DNA of 49,308 bases, filler included, from Catajapyx aquilonaris (taxonomy: Eukaryota), in the NCBI GenBank assembly GCA_000934665.2. It is 3 parts of 3 records of this genome, joined end to end, with 100 filler letters (N's around TTAATTAATTAA, not from the genome) between each part and the next. Parts side by side here need not be neighbours in the genome. Positions count along the whole stretch, not along the records: positions 16,471 to 32,836 come from JYFJ02007219.1; positions 32,937 to 49,308 come from JYFJ02007220.1; 1 more part is not named here. One strand, given 5' to 3'. Positions 26,393-38,900 of this stretch are shown piece by piece. Made by a program: the position numbers and the translations under genes. Below the pieces are notes generated by a model. It was not told where the DNA came from. It saw only the letters and a list, made by a program, of their open reading frames with translations, and made no database searches. Every line of letters starts with the position of its first letter. Within the stretch, counting starts at the first letter, position 1.

Positions 26393-28114
26393 AGGATTTT
26401 GCGATGTGGGAAAAAAATCCTAAAATGACGCGTTACTGCATGAGGTCAGTTGGAAAATAATTATTTCGGATAATAAATCAATCACGTAAATTGTTGTTTG
26501 CCTTGTGTTGGTTGTACGTATAATATATTAGTTGAAAATAAAATCATTGCAATTTCAGGGTGAATGTAACTGCTGCATGGTACAGAGTGCTCAGAAATGC
26601 TTGTCCTAGATCAGTATTCTACACGCCAATCTTAGCATGACAAGTCATAATCAAGGGACGATCTGCCAATTAAAATTAATTGTCATTTTATCCCAGAAAT
26701 GCCTATATTATATACAATTTCTTATGGAAGTTGACTTACTTAGCGACGGGGAGGAGTGATAGAAGACTACGTTTATAGGAGAAGATAACGTCAAAGTGTG
26801 AAAATATATACTGATAAGAAATTAAACATGCTTCAGAAAGAAACTATAATTAATATATAAAATCATGTTGTTTCATGCATCAGAATGCTAATTAAAAAGC
26901 ATGGTTTATCTCAATATATTCACTTCGTAACAAAAAAAAGCAGCAAGGGAGAAATGTCTGTGGCACAACTAGATTGCCAAAAGTTTTCAGCAAAATTTCC
27001 GAAATGATCATTTCATAAATAATCCATAAGTATATTTGTCTATTTGTTCCAAACATCTGACAATCGCGCAAAGTGCTGTAACTCAGTATTTCACGTCTTC
27101 AGTGTTCGCATAAAAGAATATGAGATCGTTTAGCATCAGAATAGTTGTTTTAAAGCAAAGATGCACATAGAGAGCTTTTAGTCCTAGCCTATTTACTGGC
27201 CAGTGCGAGTGCTTTCGTTATGTGTAACGTATTTTGATAAATGTAACTGCCTAAATTAAATTATACTAAGGTACTACAAACAGACCTATCGAATTTTAAA
27301 ATGTCTTCTTTTTAAAGTAGACCCATAGGGTGATTTCTCTAAAAGGGAAGAACTGCGCAATCGGGCAAATTGCACAGGATTATTTTGTCTTCTGTGGGAT
27401 TTTGACTTATACACGCAATATGTCGATATTCCTCCCTCGAAGGACAGGCCTAAAGAAATGTTCGTGATGCAAATTAGGGGGGATTTCCTGGCTGCACACT
27501 TTTTGTGAAATAACTGGAGATTTTGAACGCAACAAAATATACCGTATATGTGTATAGTAGATGCGATGCCTTACTTCATGGTGTTGAAGACATCTGCACC
27601 CAGAAGTAAGTGACAATACATATTGTAAAAACATTTGCTGAAGCTGGAATTTACTGCAATCTCATGTTTGATGTTATTCACTTTCAGCTATTCACTTGTT
27701 CAATAACAATATTTAGCTGATTCTTGGAAAGTTCTGGATAACTAGTAAATTTCCATAAATTGTAAATTAATGACAACAATAGTGACCTCATTCGGAGCTT
27801 GTATTACGTAAATGTAAGTAAATAAACTTTGAGTGATGTGTACACAAACTGCTCGACAATAAACGTTTCCTAGGAAAACACCATTCTTATTGTACACATT
27901 TGCGAGCAAGTTTAGAGGCAATTTTACACACTCCTTCTAATACACAATTTACTTGAATGCCGGAGAAGCCATTGTGGAAGCAGTGAACTGCACGTAAGTT
28001 TGTGAATTTACTCACTGTTCGACTGTGGATGTCAAATTATGAGTTAGAGCCTTCTCTCATTAGACTGCAACATTTGCACGGTGCCGAGGATATAATCACT
28101 TCTTGCCACACAAG

Positions 28115-29951
28115 ATGGAGCAACCACAAAGACGATTCAGCCTCCAGGGAGGATGCGTGTTTTCAGTGATCAAGAACCTGGACTATTGGTGCAAATACAA
28201 AAGAATTGACTCGTACAATCCTTTTCTAGAACTTCGTAAGTTACTCCAACAATGAAATTAGCAATTAAAGGCTAATGACAGGTTCTCATGTAGCATTATC
28301 ATCCCATAGTACAGCACTGTACCATAAGGATTACTATGAATTATTTTCATTGTTTGCAATGTTCAGCAGCTGATTTGTGGGTAGTCTGTGGCTATAGAAG
28401 TTTAGGGCGAATATAATGATACGTTCATTTTAAAATTTCAGCTGTGTCTTTACTGGAGCGGATCTTCGAAAAGATCCAGATATACGCGGTCAGCTTAAGA
28501 ACGTGCCACTTGCGGCGTCTAATTGTGCCGCAAACGAGAGTAATCAGCAACAGGAATTACAACTGGCACAAGTCTGTGTCAATTCGCAACATCCTGATAT
28601 ATTCGGCAGCGAAGTGTCCGGTGAGTCACGCGTCGAGTAGACATCAAACACGTTCGTCACGAGCTTCCTCATTTTCCACAGTATCTGAGACAGCTGGACC
28701 TGGACAATGTGAAAATCTACGACAGTACTCTCATGGATTTGCTTCCAAAGCTGAGGAACCTGGAGAAACTGGCACTGACCAGAGCCACCAATATAACCGA
28801 CAAAAGTCTGAACGTGATAGGCGATCAGCTGCCCAATATCAAGTAATGATAATCAAACGGTGATTGGTATACTGAAGTCAACACACTTCGCATCTGATTT
28901 CAGGTCCTTAAATCTGAACGGCTGCACAAAGGTGACGGATGCCGGAGTGGACATCCTCTGCTTCGGTTCAGAAGAAGTGCAGATGAAGAGGCGTTGCTAT
29001 CAGCTGGAAGAGCTGGACTTGACCGACACCAAAGTCACAGTCTCCGGACTTCAGACTGCACTGAAGTACTACCAGAAGCTTCAGTATCTCCTACACGAGG
29101 GCACAGCTCTTGCCATAGGCTCAATGTCTATCGAAGAATCCGTTCAGCTTCCAGGCTGCCTGAAGTACGTGCAGGTCCTGATGGCTGAAGACATGAATTT
29201 GTACACCCTGCAGCGATGCCTGATAAGATCTCCGAATCTAACCAGTGTCGCGATAGGTATCGGCGTCGACATACCGTCTGGCATCAGATCACAGTTGCAG
29301 GGCACGACAACGATCAACTCACTCGATTTCTTCACCAAGCCTGAGAGGATCGAAGGACTGAAACTGTTCGAGAACAATATACTGCCTTTGCTCGTCGCAA
29401 TTGGACAGAACTTGGAGACTCTTAAGATAATAGGATTCAAGCACGTGAATCTGGATGCTATTGAAGAGTTGTGCCCGAACCTAAAGGAGCTGTCTATAAG
29501 CAGAGCCGAGGATTTGTACGTGACAATAGACAACAATAGCTTTAAGGGTCGAGACCAGCCGTTTCCGCAACTGAAGGACATATACGTGTCCGTTCCGAGC
29601 TGCAACATGAAGCCACGAAGTTGCAGGTCTCTGCTGTCGTCTCCGAAGCTTGAGACGGTAGTGCTGCACGACCTGGACGTCCTGAGAGACGAAATCTTGT
29701 GGGAAGTGAGGCAGACCATTGTCGATCCTAGGTGGTCCGTGGTTTACCTGAAGAACTGCCATTGTGTAACCCTTCCCCCAATCATATCTCTTCTGACCCC
29801 GATCACAAACTCGATCAACATTGGATGGTCCGACTGCTACCTCATGAGCAATCTTCACATCTCGGAGGTGCAAGAGATGTTTCGAAGGTATCGACCAGTA
29901 GGAGGAGTCATCTACTGGAACGGACATGATGTCCCTCGTTATTTTACTTGA
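28115..29951 (+). CDS. VHL-box leucine-rich-repeat protein, paralog 2 (502 aa)
   Basis: Exons 28115-28235, 28442-28620, 28682-28842 and 28904-29951 (1509 nt, open frame, GT-AG). MEQPQRRFSLQGGCVFSVIKNLDYW...NPFLELPVSLLERIF; LRRs such as LNLNGCTKVTD, LEELDLTDTKVT, CPNLKELSI. AATAAA at ~30076. Confidence 0.88.
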
Positions 29952-30491
29952 ATGACAATGATAATGCGAAACCTACGTAGGTTCAAGAGAAGGCCTTCAC
30001 AACATGCTAATTTTTCATATAGTGTTGTGAGAAAGTGCATGTAGTGGTTGCATGAGATTACCTAAAAAAACGTGAAATAAATGAACTGAAATCAAACCCA
30101 GAGCAAATGCTTTTTAAATTCAATTAATTATTCTGGAACCAGAATCACTTCAAAATATGGTCGGTTTTTCGTTGTAATTATACTGCTAATACGGCGAAAC
30201 GACCATTACTTATTTTGAATTAAATTAATTATTAAAATAAGTAGGCCTATCGAGAAACTTGACTTTTACGTTGTGTAGCAACGACACAATACATTGTTTT
30301 ATATGTGTGCTCGGAAGGGATTCCTGTGGACCTTTTTGTCCTCACTTTACATTAGTATCTACAGCCTGATCAAGGCACTACAGTAGACCAGATCCTTCCA
30401 GGTCAAGAAACCAACATGTTTCCAAAATAATGTAACTAGTTCCACTAATAATTACAACACTATTCTCTTCATAGAGCTGTTATTGTATTAC

Positions 30492-32289
30492 ATGATGATG
30501 GAGCCCAAACGATTTACATTGGAAGGAGGCTGTCTACATGTCATACTGAAGAACCTCGATTATTGGTGCAAACACAAAAGGAGGCACTACCGCCCGTTCG
30601 ACAACATGCGCAAGTATCAAGACAGTGCCATGCGTTTTAATCAAGCTAATTATGTTGCATCATAATATTTCAGCGCTAGTTATACTCCAGAGCTTGTTTC
30701 ACTTAATAAGGACGTATCAAATATCCTTGAGAAAGTACCATTTGGAGCGCTTCATTGTGCCTTACACAACAGAAATTAGCAACAGGAATTACATCTGGCA
30801 CCAGACGGTTCCAGTCAGAACAATCCTGCACTTTGCCGCTAAGAATTGCATGGTAAGATACCGCACATAGCAAGATGCCTAATGTGTTTGTTAACGCGCA
30901 AAATGTTCCGCAGCACTTGAAGGTCATTGTTCTGGACAACATTACGATCATGGACAAAACTCTCCTATCTGTGCTTCCAGAGCTGCATCGCCTTGAAAAA
31001 CTGCATCTGGTGTCAGCTAAGAACATATCTGACAGAAGTTTGATCGGAATTGGCGATCACTTAGAAAATCTAAGGTAAAATATCGGCACAAAGATATCAG
31101 ATAGTCGTGTACTGGCGCTCAGAATTTTCCCTCCGCCTTTCACTTGCTATATGTACTGTACTGATAGCGCCAGAAAATGTCTGTCCAACCGAATTTTTTT
31201 AACAAAACTTAATCACCACACTTCAGGTCGCTAAACTTGCAAGGATGCAAGAAAGTAACAAACAATGGCATATCCAACTTGTGCTTCGGATTCAACGCAA
31301 CACCAGGAACGAAAGGAAGTACACGCTGTCTGCACCTACAAGACATGAATTTGGAGGGAACATGGGTCACTGACACCGGACTTAAGATCGCTTTAAGACA
31401 CTTGCCCAACCTGCAATTGCTAATCCACAAGTACACCTACGTCGCAGTTGGCACGCTGTTCCATCTCAAACCTGGCCGTTTCTTCAACCTGAAACATCTC
31501 GATATGATTCTGCTTCCTGGCACCAAGGACGAGTCAGTTCCGTGCCATTGTCTTACACTGACACCGAACGTGTCAAGCCTGAAGATCACCCTCAGCTCTC
31601 AAATGTCCTCAAATCTTCTGCGTTGCTTTCAAGACCTGACCTACGTGGAATGCCTCAAAATCACAGGTCCCGCGAAGACCGAAAGCTACCCGGACATGTT
31701 CGACAACACCATACTTCCACTGCTGGTCGCGCATGGAAAGAACCTGAAGACACTGTCGCTCACTCGATTCCACTCGATCAACATAAACGTCATCGGAACA
31801 CTGTGCCACAATCTGTCCTCCTTAACTCTCCAACGCATCGCCAAGTTTTACTGCAAGAGCGACAATGCTGCACTGTTCGACAGACGCACATTCACGCAGT
31901 TTTCAACCCTGGAGGAAGTGCTGGTGGACGCTATGAACTGCGACATCACCACTGAAACATGCACGACACTACTTTCTTCGCGCTACCTGGACAAAATCGT
32001 ACTGTCCAACATGAACGTCCTGACCGACAAGGTTTTGGCGGAGGTCCGCAAGATTAATCGCAATCCTCAGTGGCAAGTCATTAACATCACTAACTGTCAC
32101 TACATTTCCGTCCCGCCGTTTATAAGGCTTCTGTGCCCGGCATTAAACAAGGTGACTTTGATGTGGAAAAACTGCATCGGGATAGGTTATCCTTCGATTG
32201 ACAAGTTACTGGAAATGTTCAGGCAAGTGCGGCCCTGCATGGGACTCAGGATTTGGAATGGGACAGACATGCCTAACTATTTTTGTTGA
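30492..32289 (+). CDS. VHL-box leucine-rich-repeat protein, paralog 3 (506 aa; GC-AG first intron)
   Basis: Exons 30492-30609, 30674-30852, 30914-31074 and 31227-32289 (1521 nt, open frame). MMMEPKRFTLEGGCLHVILKNLDYW...RPFDNMPLVILQSLF. Exons 2 and 3 have the same lengths (179 and 161 nt) as in paralog 2. C-terminal WNGTDMPNYF matches WNGHDVPRYF of paralog 2. Confidence 0.88.
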
Positions 32290-32836
32290 ACCGGCGGGTT
32301 TAAAAAGGGGCAAAATCAACAGTGAAAAATATTGTTGGAATGGGCCAGGCTGCAATATGTATGCTAATAAAAATTCAAGTGAGAGAGCAAAATAATTCAC
32401 TCTTGTTATACTTTAGTGCTCAGATATTTTTAAACATTATGAAAAGTTAACATTGCTTTAATACACGGAAAAGTCGCAATGTCCGGTTTTGTAATAAGCT
32501 ATAAGGACCGGTTTAAATGTGGATAATTTCTCCCTAAAGATGTGTTGCCACAATGTGTCAAGCTTTCCCTCAATTTAATTAATCATTGGCTTCAAATGGT
32601 GATGGCATATTTTGTAAAACACAGATCATTAGTCATACTGGGTATTGCACCATATGTGTCAATCAGGTACAGTATACGACATATAGTTTCATACACCCCG
32701 CAAACGAGCTTTATCCTGGCTATCCTAAGCAACCCACACGGCATGATAGCAGAACCGAGTCAGCGGCAACAGGGCTTGGGGGGTTGGGCTGGCTACGGAA
32801 CCAGGTGGGGGGGTCGCTGGGCTGACCTTGCGTACC

Positions 32837-32936
32837 NNNNNNNNNNNNNNNNNNNNNNNNNNNNNNNNNNNNNNNNNNNNTTAATTAATTAANNNNNNNN
32901 NNNNNNNNNNNNNNNNNNNNNNNNNNNNNNNNNNNN
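32837..32936. other. Artificial 100-bp contig linker
   Basis: 44 N + TTAATTAATTAA + 44 N, identical to 16371-16470; it cuts the UHRF1-like gene mid-exon. Confidence 0.95.
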
Positions 32937-35900
32937 ATTTCCTCTGCGTCATTCTTACACTTAGGGCAGTACCTGTTCCGGAAGGGCCATTTAGATGTAA
33001 CTTGTTTTGAATCAATTAATCTTAAGAGAATATTGTACCAAATAAGCAGGGAATCAGAAGGATACACATTTTCCTTTGTTAAACAAGATTTTTGAAGCAA
33101 AGGTGCATAAAAGTACATGAGAAGTGGAGGAATAAAGAAACTTTCGATATCTCTCCATGTTTGTGAGGGTTTTCTCAGGTTTCTCCCATTTCCTTCCCCA
33201 ATCAGGCCCGGATTTCCCAATAGGCAAAGTAGGCAACTGCCTAGAGCGGCAAATTTGGGGGGCAAAATTGTGGTGGAGTTGCATTCCCGGGAATCATTCC
33301 AGTTCAATTTGATCAAATAGGTGTACACACCATTCAAATCTCCCAGTAGCTTGTGTGCCCTTGAACCCAACATTTTTTCGCCACCGACAGACTTCTGTCC
33401 CTCACCTTGCACTTTCCTTATTTGGCGCTGTTCCCCCCCCCCCCCCCCCCCNNNNNNNAAAAAAAAAACAACAACAACCAATCTGCCTACACGCCAGTAT
33501 TACCTGTATGATCGTTCCACGCATTTACGTTACAGAAGGAATTGGTGGGGAGAGCGGGGGCGGCAGATGACCAACTGCCTACCTGCAACAAAAGTATAAA
33601 TACGGCCCTGTCCACAATCAAAATGTGCCTTATTGAGAAGGCCTTGAAAATGAGATCCCCTAAAAGGCCTCAGCATGCCTACCAGGGTGTCCAACTCTAC
33701 CTATTTTAAAAGTGGAAGCTAAAATTGCAAGAGAGTTGGCTGAAACTAAAATGCAGGTGTTAAAATATTGCAAATTCACCCTTTTGAAATCATAAAGGCT
33801 TACACTACAGCATATAGTACAGCAACTGATATGTAAGGTGAATGCAATTATTGGCTGCATGCAATGTCACTTTTAATCAACATTACGCAACTTTAAAAAT
33901 GGGATGTCACCTACTACTGGTATCAAGAATAAAGGACACTGAAACCTGTATATCCGCGGATTTTTAAAATAATTCTTGCCTTCACTTTTCTCATTGATTC
34001 CATCACGCCGCTCTCACGTCAAAAACTGTCTCACAAAACAAAAGCCATATCCTGCAAATTCCCATTGGGTAGTATCCTACTCACCAATCATCGTCCTTAG
34101 GTACTTTCTCTAGTGGTGGGTTCAAGCAGTAAATATGGTATGGATCATCACACTCATCACAAAGCAATTGCCTTGCATCATCTCCATTTCTTAGGCACGC
34201 CTTACAACCACACTTCCTGCACTGCTTGCCAGGAACATCCTTGCAGGCTTTGCACTTAGGGGCACTTGGCTTCCTGGACACAGCAGGGGCTTCGATACTG
34301 CTCCCCTCACTTCGTTTTAATGTGCGCCCAACCCACAAGAGCTGCTGCCATGATTTTATCTTGCACCCTTCCATGGGCACATTGCCAGAGCCAGCATACA
34401 CAGTGACCACTAGCTCCTTCTTGGTGCGAGTGTTGGTCACAGAGGTAACAAGGCACTCATACCAGAAGCCCCACTTTTCGGGCTCTACCACATTGTAGTT
34501 GGCCAAAATTAAGCTTCCTGGCTTCAGCTCATCTAAGGTGGCGTTTAGGCAGGGGCGAGGACGGACATCTGGGAGGAGGAGATGGTAGTCTTCATATCTG
34601 AAAAATTATAAGTGAGGATGAGCGACATGCTCCAACTGTCAGAAATCTTAATTTTAACATACATTATTGAAAAGTTGGTTGACTGAATAAATACACCTCA
34701 TAAGCAAGGAAAATCTAGATTTAGAGCCGAGGTTTGCAAAACTTACGTATCAAATTTGGTGTAATAGATGCATCCATCCTTAAGGTCCTTGTTCAGACCC
34801 TGACGCTGAGGCAAAATCACACCCTTTGGGTTCTTCTTGATTTGAACCACTACACCTTCATACCAGGCTCCCGAGCTGCGATCCCTGCAGTCCACCTTAT
34901 CACCAATCTTATAATACTCGCTATCGCAGTCTTCTCCTGATTCTTCATCTTCTGAATCATCCTATTTAAGAGTGTCGCAATAAACAACTTGATCAAAAGT
35001 GAAAGATACAGTATATTGCGAGGTTTGGTTTGCACTCTTGTTTAGACCTTTGCCATATCACGGCCACGTTTACATATGAGCGATTTGATCAGCGATGAGC
35101 ATCCCTGAGGAATGAGAGTTGTAGCAGTTCTGATGTCAACACAGAAGCTATTTCGCTTATACAACGTGATCCAACTTTATCGCCCCAACAGTTATGGGAA
35201 AAATCGCTCAAGCTGCTACTTTTTTACCAGCTACTTGCTAAGAGTTACTTTCTCGAGTATCTGGAATAGCACCTGCTGATATTAGGTCCAATGCCCATGG
35301 ACCAATTAATGACCTATTTATTGACACAACCGGGTCACCCTGTATTGCTTGCGCATTTACAAAGTCAGTGATTTGCACCACTCCAGGCATCTCCTGGGCA
35401 AAGGATGATGGGAAGGAGACAAAAGACAATCAGGTTATGGATGTGTGTTTTGGGCTTGGTTTTCTTGTTGAATTGAATGTAGGTATAAACACCTGCGTAA
35501 ATAGTTGGGTGCCTTCCTGTTACTACGTGCCGCAGGAACACTTGACGGTGTGCTGTTGCCTCATTGTCTGGCTTGTCTGTGATGTCATGGATATATTGCA
35601 GTGATGTGAGCTCACCACTGTCCATTTCAAACAGACCTGAGCGATATCTCTTGGCGATATCATCAGCAACGCCCCTCCCTTCCAAAAAGCAATTCCTACT
35701 TTCGGCCCAAAGCACTGCTTCCATCTCTCATATGTAAACGTGGCCTACCAAGTTTCGCATTAAGTTGTACCTCTGCATTCCTCACCTTATTTTCCTCATC
35801 AGATCCTGAGTGTCCATCCTGTTCGCTTCCATGATCTATTTCCATCTTCTCATCCTGTTGCTCAATTTGCTGTCGAATCGCAAGCTGAATCGTATTATTG

Positions 35901-38900
35901 ATATTGACTCCATACTCATACAGCTCGTGGCCATCTTCCAACTGCAAAAGTATCACAAACATTATTAGTTTACCCCTGCATTCCACCACTACTGTGATTT
36001 TTCTGACTATGCATTGTTTGCAATATCATATGCAGCTGCATGTTAGCTACATTACCACACTCAAGCAAGCCAAATGTCCACACCATTACTGAACAACAAC
36101 AACAACAACGATGATGAAGATAGGTTATTCCAGGCAATATAAAATACAAATTTACAGATGCTTACATACCCGCTTATATCTACAAGGGCTGTAAATAAAA
36201 TAGTGGCATCACATCTCAATAAAATCAGTGAAATGAGGGGTGTGGTGGAAAAACATGATAACTGACAAAGGAGTCATTTTTCAGGAGAGCGAATTTAAGT
36301 TTGCACTCTTGTCACAAATCAGCATATTACCTCAACTTGTAACACTGGGTTTTATTATATTGCCTGACTGTCTGTCTTGTTGTCCAGAACTTTTGGAACA
36401 CTTATTCCTGTAATTAATGGAGATACAGGGTGTAACAAAAGTTTCCGCGGCTACTTCTGCCTCAATGACTCATGGATGACTTAATCGTAGATTTAAAAAT
36501 CCATATCTCACCAACGGCTCATGTTAGCCCTATGCCTCATATATCATTCGAACCGCATTGAAAGGCTGCTCCCGCCAGATCCACTGCGCAGCTCCCATAG
36601 TCTAGGCCGTGCGTAGCATAACAGCTGTAACTATTTCTGTGGGGCTACTCGGGAATCATAAAAAACGTTGCGGTGAAGTTTACGGGTTCAAAGAACGATT
36701 ATACGCAAAATATTGCTTAGAAACCAATCTAATTAACTGCTAAATTCCCATCATAATTGTGCTAAGCTTCATACGATCTCTATCACTGCGCGAAGATCCT
36801 TTTCCAATATAGCCACCTTGTAGCCAGCGGAAGATGGCTTTATGATAAAGTCTGACAAAGCACTTGAGCATGTGATTTTTGTGATGAATTCTGCTGGATT
36901 TGCTTGTGAATATCCCGAAAACCGCATTCCTTTAGGATTGATAGATTCTTTGCAAAAAAAATAATAATTAAAGTGAGTAAATCATGGACATGTCGGGCAG
37001 AGGGTTAATAACTTTTTAATTGACATAAGGTGTATATATACAGGGTAATCCAACTTTATCGCCCCAACAGTTATTGAAAAAATCGCGTAAGCTGCTACTT
37101 TTTAAGCAGCTACTTGCTAAGAGTTACTTTCGCGAGTATTTGGAATAGCACCTGCTGATATTAGGTCCAATGCCTATGTACCAATTAGGGCCGTTTTCTC
37201 GAACAGTGGTTCAAATGTAAACCCGGTTCAAAGCCGGTTTAAACCCTTGACAACAATCAAATCAGGGATTAAACTGACTTTGAACCTGGTTTACATTTGA
37301 ACCACTGTTCGAGAAAACGGCCCTTAATGAGGGAAAAAAGGGTCACCCGTGGGAAACAGGTCGTCTGCCGGGTTGTGACTGGCCAAATGGGTCAATCGCG
37401 AGGGGTCGGATGCGAACTGTTGCGACCCTGAAATGGAAAGGTGTCATCATCTCTTTTATTTCCTCATCTCCAAACTGATTCATGTGTTGGCCTTCAAAAG
37501 GACCCATTTTGGTGTTCGCTGGAGGGATTCAGATGAGGTCACTAGCTGCCAATCAGAGGGCTAATCCGTTGAACCGGACAGACCCGGTTGTGTCAATAAA
37601 TAAGACATTGATTAGTACATGGGCATTGGACCTAATATCAGATACTCCAGATACTCGAGAAAGTAACTCTTAGCAAGTAGCAGCTTACGGATTTTTCCAA
37701 TAACTGTTGGGGCGATAAAGTTGAATCACCCTGTATATGAGTTAAACATGTATTCAGACAAGGACGGATGTAAGGTGTGTTAATATATTCAGTATGCATA
37801 TCATTTTTCTCTCCAAAGACTGAGCTACACCTCTTCCCAAACTGTCCACAAGTTTGAATGTACATCTCGTGTGACAGTTGCTCATTCCTGGTCAACTCTC
37901 TCATTAACTGGCCATGATTTTTTTGCCCTGGCTTGCTTACAGACACTGTCTTACACCCTGGCCCACAATTATCAGACATTGAGAACAAAGCACTTGCAAG
38001 GAACCTTCATGACAGACAACGCTTGCATTGCACACCTCTCATGAGCACAAAAGCCGAGTCAGTGAGGATATATATGGACGGGGAAATTAGTCACACAGGG
38101 GATTATGGGAGTACAATATCAAGTGACAAAAGATGACAGGAACTTTTTAAAAATTGATATGTGAACTTTCAGTATACCAAAATGCTTGTCATGTCTTTTA
38201 CATAGTTGCTAGGTGTTTAGTTCAAACATGTCAGTTATCATGTATTTCCACAACACCCCTCAAATGTAGGAAGTTTACACCACTTACGCCTCACATAATC
38301 GTCCCACCTCTACATACGCATGCAGAGTAAAAAGTATAGCATGAGCTGTTGCGATCAACCGGTCTAAAGGCGATGTTTTCCAAATTCAAGCAAAGGTGCT
38401 GGTTAAAAATTGAAAATTTGTCATGAATGGCTTCTATAGAGGCTTGTGGGGAACGTGCATTGCTGTATAGACAGGTTGCAAGATGGGCAAAAGCCTTCCG
38501 TCAGGGAAGGCAAAACGTGACAGATGAGCCCTGGCCTGAAAGTCCAAGTGCAAGTGAGCAACAAGTGGCTGCTGTTTTTGCATTGATGGAAAATGATTGG
38601 AGGTGGACAGGTAGTGAGCTAGTCAGTAAGACCGGCACCATCTCCAGCCAGCTTGAGGAAGAAGTGACACCACTTTCTGCAGAATCCACCCATCATTTTG
38701 CAAGGTAACGCTCGACTGCATGTTGAGAAGTTGTGAACCAGTTATTCACTCAATTGGGTTGGGAACATGGTTGGGAAGTGCTCTACCAACCGCCACAGTT
38801 GCCTGACATAATAAGCCCGCCCTGTGACTTTAACTTGATTTTGAAAATGAAGGAACCTCTTCACAGCATTCGTTTCTAGACTATCATAGTCCTTCTTTCC

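Noticed and set aside
25483..32400. Overlapping or antisense ORFs on the LRR exons (e.g. 25483-25983, 25585-26052, 29144-29719, 31542-31955)
   Set aside because: Shadow frames of codon-biased real exons; no recognisable protein features.
35365..35724. 119-aa minus-strand ORF inside UHRF1-like intron 2
   Set aside because: Exons 2 and 3 join in phase without it and it has no UHRF1 similarity; a cassette exon cannot be supported.
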